Shown in pieces: positions 32,301-41,874 of a DNA stretch of 64,000 bases. This stretch comes from Armatimonadota bacterium (GTDB taxonomy: Bacteria > Armatimonadota > SYMT01), in the NCBI GenBank assembly GCA_041690135.1, contig JAWLHY010000003.1, forward strand, positions 768,001 to 832,000, written 5' to 3'. The position numbers and the translations under genes are program-made. The first letter of the stretch is position 1. Every line of letters starts with the position of its first letter. Under the pieces are notes generated by a model. It saw only the letters and a list, made by a program, of their open reading frames with translations. It searched no databases and was not told where the DNA came from.

Positions 32301-33099
32301 TGATCCCCGGGGTTCGGGTTACGCAAAACGCAATACGCAATACGCATTGGGTTGGGATTCCAAAGCGCTCCTGAAGCTCATCGTGACCTCCGCCACCTAC
32401 CGGCAGTCGTCGCGGGTGACGCCGGAGGGGCTGCAGAAGGACCCGCGCAACACCTGGCTGTCTCGGTTCCCGCGGAAGCGGTTGGACGCGGAGACGGTGC
32501 GGGACCAGGCCCTGGCGCTGAGCGGGCTGCTCTCCCGCAAGATCGGCGGGCCGTCGGTCTACCCGCCGCAGCCGGACGGCCTCTGGCGCGCCGCTTTCAA
32601 CGGGCAGCGCAACTGGCCCACCAGCACCGGGGAGGACCGCTACCGGCGCGGCCTCTACACCTTCTGGCGGCGGACGGTCCCGTACCCCAGCATGGCGACC
32701 TTCGACGCGCCCAGCCGCGAGATCTGCACGGTCCGGCGCCTCCCCACCAATACGCCGCTGCAGGCACTGGTGACCTTGAATGACCCCGCGTTCGTGGAGA
32801 TGTCGCAGGCGCTGGGGCGGCGAATCCTGCGCGAGGGCGGCGCCACGCCGGCGGAGCGAGCCCGGTTCGCACTGCGGCTGGCCCTGGCCCGGCCGCCGCA
32901 GCCGGAGCAGGTCCGGACCGTCGTGGCGCTCTACGAGAAGGAGCGGGAACACTACCGTACCCGCACTGCGGAAGCGGTGAAGCTGGCGGCGGACCCCCTG
33001 GGCCCCCTGCCGGAAGGAACCGACTCCGCAGAAGCGGCCGCCTGGACCGTGGTCGCGAATGTCCTCCTCAACCTGGACGGGGTGCTGAGCCGGAATTGA
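29305..33099 (+). CDS. PSCyt1 + DUF1549 + discoidin/fucolectin-like + DUF1553 protein, paralog B
   Basis: CFACHG, CAQCHTHKFDP, ATQSST..AIDGNT..WWEVDLG, PTHPELLDWLA, RRGLYTFWRR. Confidence 0.92.
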   Translation: MNASKPSSIVPFLVIAGSLAGAAGVAAPALKGASAVPRAPAQAEPVDFSRDIRPTLSAKCFACHGADAESRAAGVRLDLRAEAIRGAAGRRPIVPGNPAASRAFIRITAKNPAQRMPPPSSGHQLSPAEISLVRRWIAQGAPYAEHWAFQKPVRPPLPKVGQAAWVRNPIDAFVLARMEKAGLKPAPEADRYTLIRRVSLDLTGLPPTPEEVEAFVNDRSPNAYEKVVDRLLASPHYGERWAKMWLDLARYADSAGYGSDPLRMNIWPYRDWVIQAFNRNLPYDRFTLEQIAGDLLPNATPDQIAATAFHRNTMTNTEGGTDDEEFRVAAVKDRIATTAQVWMGLTMACAQCHTHKFDPITHREYYQFFAYFNQTEDADRPDEAPTMPVPTASQQEQGDRLRAEIAALEKETTESTPELLAELAAWEREQARPVSWVPLQPQDLRTSSRTHLKSLPDGSILAEGPSPESDTYTLKLRTTLRGISALRLEALPHESLPQSGPGRSPGGNFVLNRVQVSAAPAVARPATARYIRVENTGKERFLSLAEVQVLSGGKNLATGGKATQSSTDFEGPAEKAIDGNTNGEYHTARSTTHTRLEDSPWWEVDLGREAPVDTVTVWNRTDNDTGKRLSNFRVVAYSADRKVVWEKQVAPSPSPSVRLGTSGERSVTLRNATATHSQEGFDVAGLLDTDAKTGWALGGALGKAQAAVFETATPVGDGGDTLLTVTLEQAYGGQHTLGRFRLLATTAAPPVRELPQGIRTVLGVPAAQRTPAQQQELLAFFRPRSSTLAPLFRKIAEKQKALAALKPVALPVLRELPADKRRVTHVMLKGNFLNPGEVVTPALPAAFTPKSFAEDAPGNRLTVARWLISPENPLTARVAVNRFWAQIFGTGIVETEEDFGTQGSLPTHPELLDWLATAFSSTTSVPFTQGSRGQGAREPGDQTVPALAGRKGAEAQGESETRILRTAAASDPRGSNYRVPSGRRNTNYAQKARLTAAASDPRGSGYAKRNTQYALGWDSKALLKLIVTSATYRQSSRVTPEGLQKDPRNTWLSRFPRKRLDAETVRDQALALSGLLSRKIGGPSVYPPQPDGLWRAAFNGQRNWPTSTGEDRYRRGLYTFWRRTVPYPSMATFDAPSREICTVRRLPTNTPLQALVTLNDPAFVEMSQALGRRILREGGATPAERARFALRLALARPPQPEQVRTVVALYEKEREHYRTRTAEAVKLAADPLGPLPEGTDSAEAAAWTVVANVLLNLDGVLSRN
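32068..32349 (+). repeat. In-frame palindrome/heptamer cassette in the DUF1553 loop
   Basis: 29-bp core duplicated at 32201-32229 and 32288-32316; (acgcaat)n; homologous to the reverse complement of 57740-57915. Confidence 0.85.
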
Positions 33100-33210
33100 G
33101 AGTGGGGTCCTCCGGCTGGATAGCGTGGGACACTCGCAAGCACCCGATCGAACTGCTACGCTAATGGCAGCCGGATACCCACTCAAGGACCGACCTTGGG
33201 AGTTCACCAC

Positions 33211-34518
33211 ATGTTCCTCAGGCGCCTCCAACTCACCAACGTCCGCAGTATCGAGCACCTGGATATCTGCTTCGATGCCCCCGCTGATGCCCAGAAGCGG
33301 GGAACGCGGAAGTGGACCCTTCTCCTGGGAGAGAATGGGACCGGCAAGACATGCATCCTCAAGTCCATTGCACTGATCGTCGCCGGAAGTGAGGCCCTGC
33401 CGGAGTTGCTGGCATTCCCGGACCACTGGATCCGCCTGGGACAGAAGGAGTGCTCGCTGGAAGCCGAGCTGGTTACCGCGGAGGGCGAGGAGCGACAGAT
33501 TGCGCTCCGCTGGTCCCGGGGAGAGCACGTCCGCGATATTTTCCAGCGCAACGCAGACGCGATGGACCGGCTGGACGCGGCACTGCGCCACACCAACCGG
33601 AACTACTTCACGCTGGGTTACGGGGCGACGCGCCGCCTCGCGGGCTCGCGCTCGACCAGCCCGGCCGGAGAGGTGTTTCGCCACCCGCGCGCGCAAAGCG
33701 TCGGCACGCTGTTCTCCAACGACGCGGTGCTGAACCCCCTCGATACCTGGGCGATGGACCTGGAGTACCGGAAGAGCCAGGCCGGCCTCTCCATCGTGAA
33801 GGACACCCTCGGGGACCTCCTGCCGGGCCTGACGCTCTCCCGCATCGATCGCGAGAGCCGGGAGTTGCTCTTCCACACTCCGGACGGCGAGTTGCCCCTC
33901 GCGCAGCTTAGCGAGGGTTACCAGAACATGGCCGCCTGGTGCGGCGACCTCCTCTACCGGATCACCGAGACCTACCAGGACTACCGCCATCCCCTCCGAG
34001 CCCGCGGCCTGCTGCTGGTTGACGAGATCGACCTGCACCTGCATCCGGTGTGGCAGCGGGTCCTCAAGAAGTTCCTGGACCAGAAGCTGACCAATTTCCA
34101 GGTGATCGCCACGACCCACTCGCCCCTCACCGCGCAGCAAGCCGGCGAAGGGGAACTCTACTTCCTCCAGCGGGACCATGGCCGCGGCCCCTCCCGCCTC
34201 GAGCCGTTCCCGGGGGTTCCCAACCTCTCCCTGGTCCACCAGGTGCTGCTGAGCCCCGCGTTCGGCATTCCGTCCATGAACTCCGAGAAGGTGGAGGAGC
34301 TGAAGCGTGAATACCGGGATCTCCAATCCGCGGATGCGAAGCTGACGCGTACGCAGAAGACCCGGCTCAACCGCATCCGCGAGCAATTGAGCGAAGTTCC
34401 GGATTGGTCCCGGGAAACGCCCACGGACCGGCGGCAGACGGAGCTGCTGTCCCGCATCGAGACCGCGCTGGAAACCCTGCCGGAGTCGCGCAACGGCGGC
34501 CGTCGCAAGACCTCCTGA
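33211..34518 (+). CDS. ABC/AAA ATPase, PtuA-like
   Basis: Walker A GENGTGKT, signature QLSEGY, Walker B LLVDEIDLHLHP, TTHSP. Confidence 0.88.
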   Translation: MFLRRLQLTNVRSIEHLDICFDAPADAQKRGTRKWTLLLGENGTGKTCILKSIALIVAGSEALPELLAFPDHWIRLGQKECSLEAELVTAEGEERQIALRWSRGEHVRDIFQRNADAMDRLDAALRHTNRNYFTLGYGATRRLAGSRSTSPAGEVFRHPRAQSVGTLFSNDAVLNPLDTWAMDLEYRKSQAGLSIVKDTLGDLLPGLTLSRIDRESRELLFHTPDGELPLAQLSEGYQNMAAWCGDLLYRITETYQDYRHPLRARGLLLVDEIDLHLHPVWQRVLKKFLDQKLTNFQVIATTHSPLTAQQAGEGELYFLQRDHGRGPSRLEPFPGVPNLSLVHQVLLSPAFGIPSMNSEKVEELKREYRDLQSADAKLTRTQKTRLNRIREQLSEVPDWSRETPTDRRQTELLSRIETALETLPESRNGGRRKTS

Positions 34519-34531
34519 GTGGCACGCACCC

Positions 34532-35368
34532 ATGATCCGCCTGGAACGAACACGCACCCAAGCGGCGATCTCCGCGGCATTCCGGGGAGAGAAGCGCATT
34601 CTCAAGGCCCTTTCCCTGTTGGTCGAGGCCGGGGCGGAGCGGAAGTTCGACTCCGGTTACTGGAAGGGCGCGAAGAAGCAGCTCAAAAAGGAGTCGTTCG
34701 GAAAGTGCGCTTACTGCGAGGCCCCCACGGACGCGGTCGCGCACGGTGATGTGGAGCATTTCCGGCCGAAGAGCGTTTACTGGTGGCTGGCCTACTGCTA
34801 CGACAACTATCTCTTCTCCTGCCAGATCTGCAACCAGACCTTCAAGAGCGACCACTTTCCCCTGCGGGAAGGCGGTGCGGCGATGCCGGAACCCGGCCTG
34901 CCGCTCGGGGCGGATGACGCGGGAAAGCGGGAGTTCGTCCGCCGCTTCGCGCCCGACCCCCTGGATGAAGCAGAAGGCCAGCCCTGGGTGGAGTTCGCTA
35001 CCCGTTGTTCCGACGAGGGGTGTTTGCTGCTCAATCCCTATACGGACGACCCGGAGAGCCATTTTGCCTGGGAAGCGGACGAAGTACTCCGCGAGGTGGC
35101 CCTGCGCCCCGCCCGGTCCGAGGCGGACCCGTTCTTCCAGGCAGCCGTCCAGTTCTACGGCCTGAACCGTCCCGAGTTGCTGGCTGAGCGGTGGAAAACG
35201 TACCGCATGCTATCCACCCTCCGCAAGACCTTCGCGGCCGAGGAGCTCAACGCAGAACTGCGAACCGCCATCAGCGCGGAGATCCGGCAAATGATGGCCG
35301 CGGAAGAACGGTTTGCCGGTATGTGCCGGTACTTCGTGCGCCAGGTCTGGGCGCTGCCTCTGGAATGA
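34532..35368 (+). CDS. HNH endonuclease, PtuB-like
   Basis: KCAYCE...DVEHFRPK...WLAY...NYLFSCQICN..K, LLNP. Confidence 0.85.
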   Translation: MIRLERTRTQAAISAAFRGEKRILKALSLLVEAGAERKFDSGYWKGAKKQLKKESFGKCAYCEAPTDAVAHGDVEHFRPKSVYWWLAYCYDNYLFSCQICNQTFKSDHFPLREGGAAMPEPGLPLGADDAGKREFVRRFAPDPLDEAEGQPWVEFATRCSDEGCLLLNPYTDDPESHFAWEADEVLREVALRPARSEADPFFQAAVQFYGLNRPELLAERWKTYRMLSTLRKTFAAEELNAELRTAISAEIRQMMAAEERFAGMCRYFVRQVWALPLE

Positions 35369-35476
35369 TCCCCTTGATGTAGGCGGATCTGCGCCGGCGG
35401 GCCGGGGTGTAACTCGATAGCCCTCGCCGGCATCCAAGGAGTACCCGGCCGGTGGGGCCGGGTATTGGAGAAACCG

Positions 35477-36196
35477 ATGCTTTCACGCCGCCGACTGCTG
35501 ATCCTCGCTGCCGCTGCGGCCGCTCTGATTGTGGGAGGGAACCTGCCCGTGCAGGCCAAGCGCACCCCGCCGCCCACCGTGGCGCCCGTCACCGTGGAGG
35601 GCGTGGAATATCGAGTTGCCTACGAGCGGTTCTCGGAGGGGGAGCGCCCGGCCGGGCTGCGGGCGTACCTGCTGGCGACGAAGCCCGGAACGTACACGGA
35701 GCTCTGGAAGACCCGCCTCTATGAGGTACGCTACCAGGGCAACCTCGAGACCGACGTTCAGGACGACTACGTGAAGTCCCTCTCGCGGGAACTCCCGGGC
35801 CTGCTCGCGCTGACGGAAGAGAAACAGGCTTACGTGGTAAACCTCGCCTCACGCGCCGTCAAGCCGTTGCCGCCCGGGAATGGATTGTTCAACTTGCTCG
35901 AAGAGGGTCGAGATCCGGGGCCGGGGAAACGCTTCACGGACGCCCGGGGAGTGCAACGCGACTGCCGGCTCCATCAGATCGCCCTGAAGGAAGACGCGGT
36001 CGGCATCGTGTTCGGCCTCGTGAGCTTCCCGCCGGACGTCTTCCGTGCGATGGTCGAGAAGTTCCCCAACGCTGCCACGGTCAACTACGGCGGCTGTATC
36101 CCCGGTCCCAGCCCGTGGGCGGTGGTGCGCTACTGCCCACGGTGTCGAGAGGCCCAGGAAGCCTGGCTCAAGGAGCGCAACGGGGCCAGGCCCTGA
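35477..36196 (+). CDS. Hypothetical exported protein with Cys-rich C-terminal domain
   Basis: RRR + hydrophobic signal; C..H, GGC and CPRC at the C-terminus. Confidence 0.65.
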   Translation: MLSRRRLLILAAAAAALIVGGNLPVQAKRTPPPTVAPVTVEGVEYRVAYERFSEGERPAGLRAYLLATKPGTYTELWKTRLYEVRYQGNLETDVQDDYVKSLSRELPGLLALTEEKQAYVVNLASRAVKPLPPGNGLFNLLEEGRDPGPGKRFTDARGVQRDCRLHQIALKEDAVGIVFGLVSFPPDVFRAMVEKFPNAATVNYGGCIPGPSPWAVVRYCPRCREAQEAWLKERNGARP

Positions 36197-36375
36197 TGGG
36201 ATGAAGATAACGATGAGGATGAGGATAAGGATAAAGAGGACTGGCGTTGAAGCCGGTCCTCTTTTCGTTCCGGCGCACCCCACCCTTTCAGGGTGTCTCT
36301 GTGGGTTCTAATCGTAGAAGGGATAAAACCGCAGTGGCAGGGTAGGTTCGGGATAGACAACTCAATTACAGTCCA

Positions 36376-36799
36376 TCACCACTCTCCAAAGTAGAAGCGT
36401 TCCTCTTCGTGGCACAGTGCGAATCGGAAGCGCTCCAGGCAACCTTTCCAACCCAAGACCGAGGGGCCAGGCCAATCCGGGGATACAAACCAGGTGGCAT
36501 CCACGGCAAGAGCTTCACCTTCAGCAGCGAGAAACAGCACCGGAATGCGCTCCAGCCGCCCTTGAAAGACACCGAGCCGTGTCGCCAACCGCTGCGGGTA
36601 TTCGTCCGCGCCATCAAAACCGAGTGCGGCAACCAGGGGAGACGACAACACACCACTCGGCGGCTGTGTCTAGCATGCCGTCCGTTGCACTCGTCATTTC
36701 GCCGATGACGCAGGACACGGCTATGAACATACGGTGTGGCCCGTGGTTTACGTCGCAGCGGTAAGAAGTCCAGCCCTGATACTCCTGAAGGAAGCTCAT
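36376..36799 (-). pseudogene. Retropepsin-like aspartyl protease, frameshifted
   Basis: LDTAAEWCV in one frame continues as LSSPLVAALG...VLGWKGCLERF in another; 1-nt shift near 36650. Confidence 0.7.
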
Positions 36800-37182
36800 G
36801 GCTGGTCGTCAGGTTGGTAGTGCAGAAACGCGACGTTTCCCTGATGGCCCAGGGTGGTACGAACCGCCTCCTGAACCGTCTCCAGACTCGGGTCCGCGGC
36901 GATCAGCCGGTCCTCGTAGGTGGCAATCCAACAACCCGGATATTCCCGCGCGTGCGCGCGCAGCCACTCATGATCCCGGCGGAAGGAGCGCCCCCGTAAG
37001 CTGGAGTCACCCGAGCGCACCCTCGGCGGCTCCAATACCCCAGCCAGATGCTGTATCTCACGCGATGCCGGCCACCGCAGTGCCAGCTCTGCCGCTAACT
37101 GGCGAGCTTCTTCCACTCGGTGTTCCAGGACGAGGCGACTGAGACGCGCCAGATCCTCCGAAAAACCCGCCTCCTCCTGCAT
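36796..37182 (-). CDS. DUF5678-domain protein
   Basis: EWLRAHAREYPGCWIA..DRLIAADPSL; 4-bp overlap with the protease gene. Confidence 0.7.
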   Translation of the reverse strand: MQEEAGFSEDLARLSRLVLEHRVEEARQLAAELALRWPASREIQHLAGVLEPPRVRSGDSSLRGRSFRRDHEWLRAHAREYPGCWIATYEDRLIAADPSLETVQEAVRTTLGHQGNVAFLHYQPDDQP

Positions 37183-37514
37183 GGCAGCTACAAATGCCAC
37201 CTCGCACCTCCCGAAATCCCGACCGAGTACCAACTCGCAGTGATTATACCCGTTTGCGCCTCCCCGGTCGTCCGTGTGTCTAGCAGGGATGTTGGCCAGT
37301 TCCAGGTGCTGCCGGTCCAGGGATTGACCATGTATGCTCCCGAGATTCGCGCGCTCTCGGCGGAGCGGCGGCTGGAGATCCGCGAAGACCGCTAAAACTC
37401 CGCGGGTCCCTTGGGACCACTGCCCGCGACTTCCTACAGATCCACGTGTCAAAAGAGGTAACCGGCAGGCAGGATGGAACCAGAATCGAAGAGATGTCCC
37501 GGAGGAGAGTGTCC

Positions 37515-38978
37515 ATGAACTTCAGGCTGGAACAGGCGAAGGCGATCACCCGACGGACCTTTTTCGGGCAGTCCGGAATGGGCCTGGGTGCGCTGGCGTT
37601 GGGTGCGCTGGTCCAGCGCGAAGGCCATGCCGCGGGTGCGCCCCAACGCCCAGGGGCCGGGGCCCAACGCCACCTCCAGCCGCACCACCGGCCGCGCGCC
37701 AAGTCGGTCATCTACCTCCACATGTCCGGGGCGCCGCCGACCCTGGACCTGTTCGACTACAAGCCCAAGCTGGTCGAGCTCCACATGCAGTCCTGCCCGC
37801 AGTCGCTGTTGGAGGGCCAGCGGTTCGCGTTCATCAAGGGCGTCCCCAAGATGCTGGGCACGCCGCACAAGTTCCAGCGCTACGGCCAGAGCGGGGCCGA
37901 GATCTCCGACCTCCTGCCGCACACCGCTTCCATCGCGGACGACATCGCCATCGTGCGCTCGATGGTGACGGACCAGTTCAACCACGCCCCCGCGGAGCTG
38001 TTCCTCTACACCGGCTCGGCGCGGGCCGGCAACGCCTCCATGGGCTCCTGGCTCACCTACGGGCTGGGGAGCGAGAACCAGGATCTTCCGGGCTTCGTGG
38101 TCCTGCTCTCCGGCGGCACCGACCCCACCGGCGGCAAGAGCCTCTGGAGCAGCGGTTTCCTGCCGTCCGTGCACCAGGGGGTCCAGTGCCGTTCGGCGGG
38201 CGAGCCGATCCTGTTCCTGAACAACCCGGCGGGAATGACCCGCGAGAACCGCCGCCGGAGCCTGGACGCGTTGAACCGGCTGAACGAGCTGGAAGCCCGG
38301 CAGTTCGGAGATCCCGAGACGCTCACCCGCATCCAGCAGTACGAGCTGGCCTACCGGATGCAGATCGCCGTGCCCGAGGTGATGGACATCTCGAAGGAGC
38401 CTAAGCAGATCCAGGAGATGTACGGCGCCAAACCGGGCGAGGCGACGTTCGCCAACAACTGCCTCCTGGCCCGTCGCCTGGTGGAGAAGGGGGTCCGGTA
38501 CGTCCAGCTTTACGACTGGGGCTGGGATATGCACGGCACCGCCCCGGACAACGACCTGGTGACCGGCCTGCCCCGCAAGTGCAAGGACGTGGACCAGGCC
38601 GCCGCCGCCCTGGTAAAAGACCTGAAGCAGCGGGGCCTGCTGGAGGACACCCTGGTGGTGTGGGGCGGCGAGTTCGGACGGACCCCCATGAACGAGGCCC
38701 GCGGCGGCTCCAAGTACCTCGGCCGCGACCACCATCCCCACTGCTTCAGCCTCTGGATGGCCGGCGGCGGCGTCAAGCCGGGCATCACCCACGGCGAGAC
38801 GGACGAGCTGGGCTACGGCGTGGTGAAGGAGAAGGTCACCATCCGCGACCTGCAGGCGACGATCCTCCATCTGATGGGCCTGGACCCCTACCACACCAGC
38901 TACCGTTACCAGGGCCTGGACCAGCGCCTGATCGGCCCCACGAACGAGGGGGTGATACAGACGGCGCTGCTCCGGTAG
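37515..38978 (+). CDS. DUF1501 family protein (Tat-exported)
   Basis: [49 protein letters not shown]. Confidence 0.93.
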   Translation: MNFRLEQAKAITRRTFFGQSGMGLGALALGALVQREGHAAGAPQRPGAGAQRHLQPHHRPRAKSVIYLHMSGAPPTLDLFDYKPKLVELHMQSCPQSLLEGQRFAFIKGVPKMLGTPHKFQRYGQSGAEISDLLPHTASIADDIAIVRSMVTDQFNHAPAELFLYTGSARAGNASMGSWLTYGLGSENQDLPGFVVLLSGGTDPTGGKSLWSSGFLPSVHQGVQCRSAGEPILFLNNPAGMTRENRRRSLDALNRLNELEARQFGDPETLTRIQQYELAYRMQIAVPEVMDISKEPKQIQEMYGAKPGEATFANNCLLARRLVEKGVRYVQLYDWGWDMHGTAPDNDLVTGLPRKCKDVDQAAAALVKDLKQRGLLEDTLVVWGGEFGRTPMNEARGGSKYLGRDHHPHCFSLWMAGGGVKPGITHGETDELGYGVVKEKVTIRDLQATILHLMGLDPYHTSYRYQGLDQRLIGPTNEGVIQTALLR

Positions 38979-38983
38979 GGGTG

Positions 38984-41029
38984 TCATTTCCCGGCAGGTG
39001 CATTTCGCACCCCCTTCCAGCACATGGCCCAGCCGGCGGCCAATAAAACCGTGCCAACCAGCAGTTGCGGAACCCAGTGTGCGGGAGCGGCCTGCCCGAT
39101 ACGCGACACGGCTTCCAGATCCAGGGGGCCGCCGCGGGGACCCCAGGCCATGAACGCCAGGAGCGTGGAGTCGTAGACAGCGTGGAGCGCGATGGCCGGG
39201 AAGAGCGAGCCGCCGCGGAGGACGATCCACCCCAGGAGCGCGCCGATCAGCATGCGCGCCGGCACCCCATGGGCGTCCAGGTGGGCGATGGCGAAGAGGA
39301 AGGCCCCAATGCCGATGGCGGTCCACGTCGGCAGCTTGCGGGCCAGGGCCGCCTGGATCGGCCCACGGTAGAGGAGCTCCTCGCTCACCCCGGCCAGGAG
39401 GCCGACCAGCACCACGGTGACGAGTGGATTCCGCTCCAGGTGCGGCCGGAACAGCGCCTCGATCGCCTTCGCGGTCTCCGGATCGCGGGGCCAGAACTGG
39501 TTCTGGAGCCCAGAGAGGGCCTGAATCCACGGGACCAGCCCCAGGCCCAGCAGCACAGAGCCGACCAGCACCAGCAGCACGGGCGGACGCCAGGAGAAGA
39601 CCGCCCGCCAGTCGTAGCGGCCCAGCCAGGCGAACAACAGCGCCGGGCCCGCGACCAGCAGCCCCTGCGTGACGAACAACAGCACGAAGAAGCCGTAGCC
39701 GGCAAACGCGGGGGAGACGTAGAACGTGAGGAGCACCGAGAAGGCGAAGAGCACCAGCGCCTCGTCGGTGGCGGGCAGGCGGGGGCTAGCGGGCCGCGCG
39801 CTGCGGCGGAAGCCCTTGAGCGACAGCGGCTCCCAGGCGGGGTTCACGAGCTGCTCGGTGCTGAACAGGCGGGCCGCGAAACTCAGCATCAGGCCGGCGT
39901 AGAGGCCGGAAGAGGCGAACGCCATAAAAAAGCCGCCCGGCGAGGCGTGGCCCGCCAGCACCTCCCGCATGATCAGGCAGGTGTTGATCAGCGGCATCAC
40001 CAGCAGCCCGGGGGTCGGCTTCGGCTCCGCCAGGCTCACGTAGGTCGGCACGAGCGAGAGGAGCATCACGGGCGTGGCGTAGGAGTTCGCCTCCCGGTAG
40101 TTCCGCGCGAAGAGCCCGACCACCATCACCGCGGCCGCGAAGAAGATGAGCGTGGGCAGGGCCGCCACATAAGTGAGCGCCAGGGCTCCCACGTTCAGTT
40201 GCAGGCTACCCAGCGACTCCCCGCCGCGTCCCCCCATCGAGAAGACCCGCCACAGGACCAGCGCCATGCTGATCAGATTGATCGCGGCGGTGAGCAGCCC
40301 ACAGAGCAGCACCAGCAGCGTCTTCCCCAGGAGCAGCTCCATTTTACTGGTGGGGGTGACGAGCAGCGCCTCCAGGGTGCCCAGCTCTCGCTCCGAGGTG
40401 GTGGCGTTGATCGCCGGAAAGAAGGCCCCGAACATGCCGGTGATGAGCAGCATCGTCGGGAGGAGCATGCCCAGCAGGTTGCCCAGGCGGCGGTCGGCGG
40501 AAGCCACGTCTTCCGTCTCGCTCTCGATTGGGCGCAGTACCGTATCGGGTACGGAGCGCGCCTTCAGGCGTTCCGCGATCACCCAGCGCTCGAACCGCTC
40601 CAGGATCTGCTCCAGCTTCCGCTGCGTGAACGCGGCCGAGGTGCGGCTCCGGTCGATCCGGATCTCGACCTTCACCGCCTCGGTGGCCAGGGCTTTCCGC
40701 TCCAGGTCTTCCGGAACATCCAGAATGGCATCGAGGCGGTTGTCCTTCAAGGCCGCTTCCGGATCGGGTAGCGACTCCAGCGTTACGCCGCTTTCCGGTT
40801 TGCGCAGCTCCTCCACCAGGCGGGGCGCGTCCTCTCCGTTCAGCACGACGACCCGCGAGGGCTTCTCCTGCATCTTGCGGACCGTGGAGGCGCCGATGGA
40901 GGCGGTGCTGAGGGTGAGCAGGGGGTAGAGGAGCACCGGAATCCCGAACATCACCGCGAGGGTGCGGCGGTCGCGCAGGGTTTCCCGCAGCTCCTTCAGG
41001 AAGACTTCCCGGACGATGTCAAACCGCAA
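38984..41029 (-). CDS. NatB-like ABC permease fused to CPBP (Abi) intramembrane protease
   Basis: KELRETLRDRRT, ERELGTLEALL; C-terminal EELLYRG, FAIAH, H..YD. Confidence 0.88.
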   Translation of the reverse strand: MRFDIVREVFLKELRETLRDRRTLAVMFGIPVLLYPLLTLSTASIGASTVRKMQEKPSRVVVLNGEDAPRLVEELRKPESGVTLESLPDPEAALKDNRLDAILDVPEDLERKALATEAVKVEIRIDRSRTSAAFTQRKLEQILERFERWVIAERLKARSVPDTVLRPIESETEDVASADRRLGNLLGMLLPTMLLITGMFGAFFPAINATTSERELGTLEALLVTPTSKMELLLGKTLLVLLCGLLTAAINLISMALVLWRVFSMGGRGGESLGSLQLNVGALALTYVAALPTLIFFAAAVMVVGLFARNYREANSYATPVMLLSLVPTYVSLAEPKPTPGLLVMPLINTCLIMREVLAGHASPGGFFMAFASSGLYAGLMLSFAARLFSTEQLVNPAWEPLSLKGFRRSARPASPRLPATDEALVLFAFSVLLTFYVSPAFAGYGFFVLLFVTQGLLVAGPALLFAWLGRYDWRAVFSWRPPVLLVLVGSVLLGLGLVPWIQALSGLQNQFWPRDPETAKAIEALFRPHLERNPLVTVVLVGLLAGVSEELLYRGPIQAALARKLPTWTAIGIGAFLFAIAHLDAHGVPARMLIGALLGWIVLRGGSLFPAIALHAVYDSTLLAFMAWGPRGGPLDLEAVSRIGQAAPAHWVPQLLVGTVLLAAGWAMCWKGVRNAPAGK

Positions 41030-41777
41030 CGGCGGCCTCCGTATCGGCGGAGCGGACCAGCTTGAAGAAGGCCTCCCGCAGGGTCGGCGTACCGGTGGCG
41101 GCACGCAGGTCGTCGATGGTGCCCTCGGCCACCACCCGGCCGCTGGAGATCACCCCCAGCCGGGAACAGAGTTGTTGGGCCTGCTCCAGCAGGTGCGTGG
41201 AAAAGAGGACGCACTTCCCCGCCTGGGCCAGGGAGCGGACCGCCTCCTCGACGACCTGGGAGACCACGGGGTCGAGGCCCGTGGTCGGCTCGTCCAGGAT
41301 CCAGACCGGCGGGTCGTGCACCACGGAGCGGGCCAGGGAAACCCGCTGCTTCATGCCCGTGGAGAGGCGGTCGTTCGGACGATCCGCATAGCTGTTCATC
41401 TCGAAGAGCCGGAGCATCTCCTCCACGCGCGTTTCCAGTGCCCTCCCCTTCATTCCGTGCATGGACCCGAAGAACCGCAGCGTTTCGCGGGGGGTCAGCC
41501 GGCCATAGAGCCCGCTCCCGGCCGCCAGGAAGCCGATGGCGTGCCGGACCGCTTCCGGCTCCCGCACCACGTCATGTCCCGCGATATGCGCCGAACCCCC
41601 CGTGGGCGTGAGGATGGTCGCCAGGCAGCGGAGCGTGGTGGTCTTTCCCGCGCCGTTCGGCCCGAGGAGCCCGTAGACCTCGCCGGGGTAGCAGGTGAGC
41701 GTGGCCTCAGCCACCGCGACGATCTCTCCGCCGTCGGGATCTTCGTAAACTTTGGACAGGTTGCGGACTTCGATCAT
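41019..41777 (-). CDS. NatA-like ABC transporter ATP-binding protein
   Basis: GPNGAGKTT, LSTGMKQR, LDEPTTGLD. Confidence 0.92.
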   Translation of the reverse strand: MIEVRNLSKVYEDPDGGEIVAVAEATLTCYPGEVYGLLGPNGAGKTTTLRCLATILTPTGGSAHIAGHDVVREPEAVRHAIGFLAAGSGLYGRLTPRETLRFFGSMHGMKGRALETRVEEMLRLFEMNSYADRPNDRLSTGMKQRVSLARSVVHDPPVWILDEPTTGLDPVVSQVVEEAVRSLAQAGKCVLFSTHLLEQAQQLCSRLGVISSGRVVAEGTIDDLRAATGTPTLREAFFKLVRSADTEAAVAV

Positions 41778-41874
41778 GGAGGTGCAGGTTCCGTATTGCG
41801 GAGGAGACAACTTGATGATTGGGCGGGAAGGCCCGGAAGGCAAGAGCCTTTCGCGAGTGATCCGGGGGAACTGT

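Noticed and set aside
32068-32349. In-frame inserts interpreted as inteins or self-splicing introns
   Set aside because: No C/S...HN intein termini and no group I/II intron consensus; kept as a repeat cassette instead.
33100-33210. Possible retron msr-msd upstream of the PtuA-like gene
   Set aside because: No reverse transcriptase in the window and no convincing a1/a2 inverted repeats.
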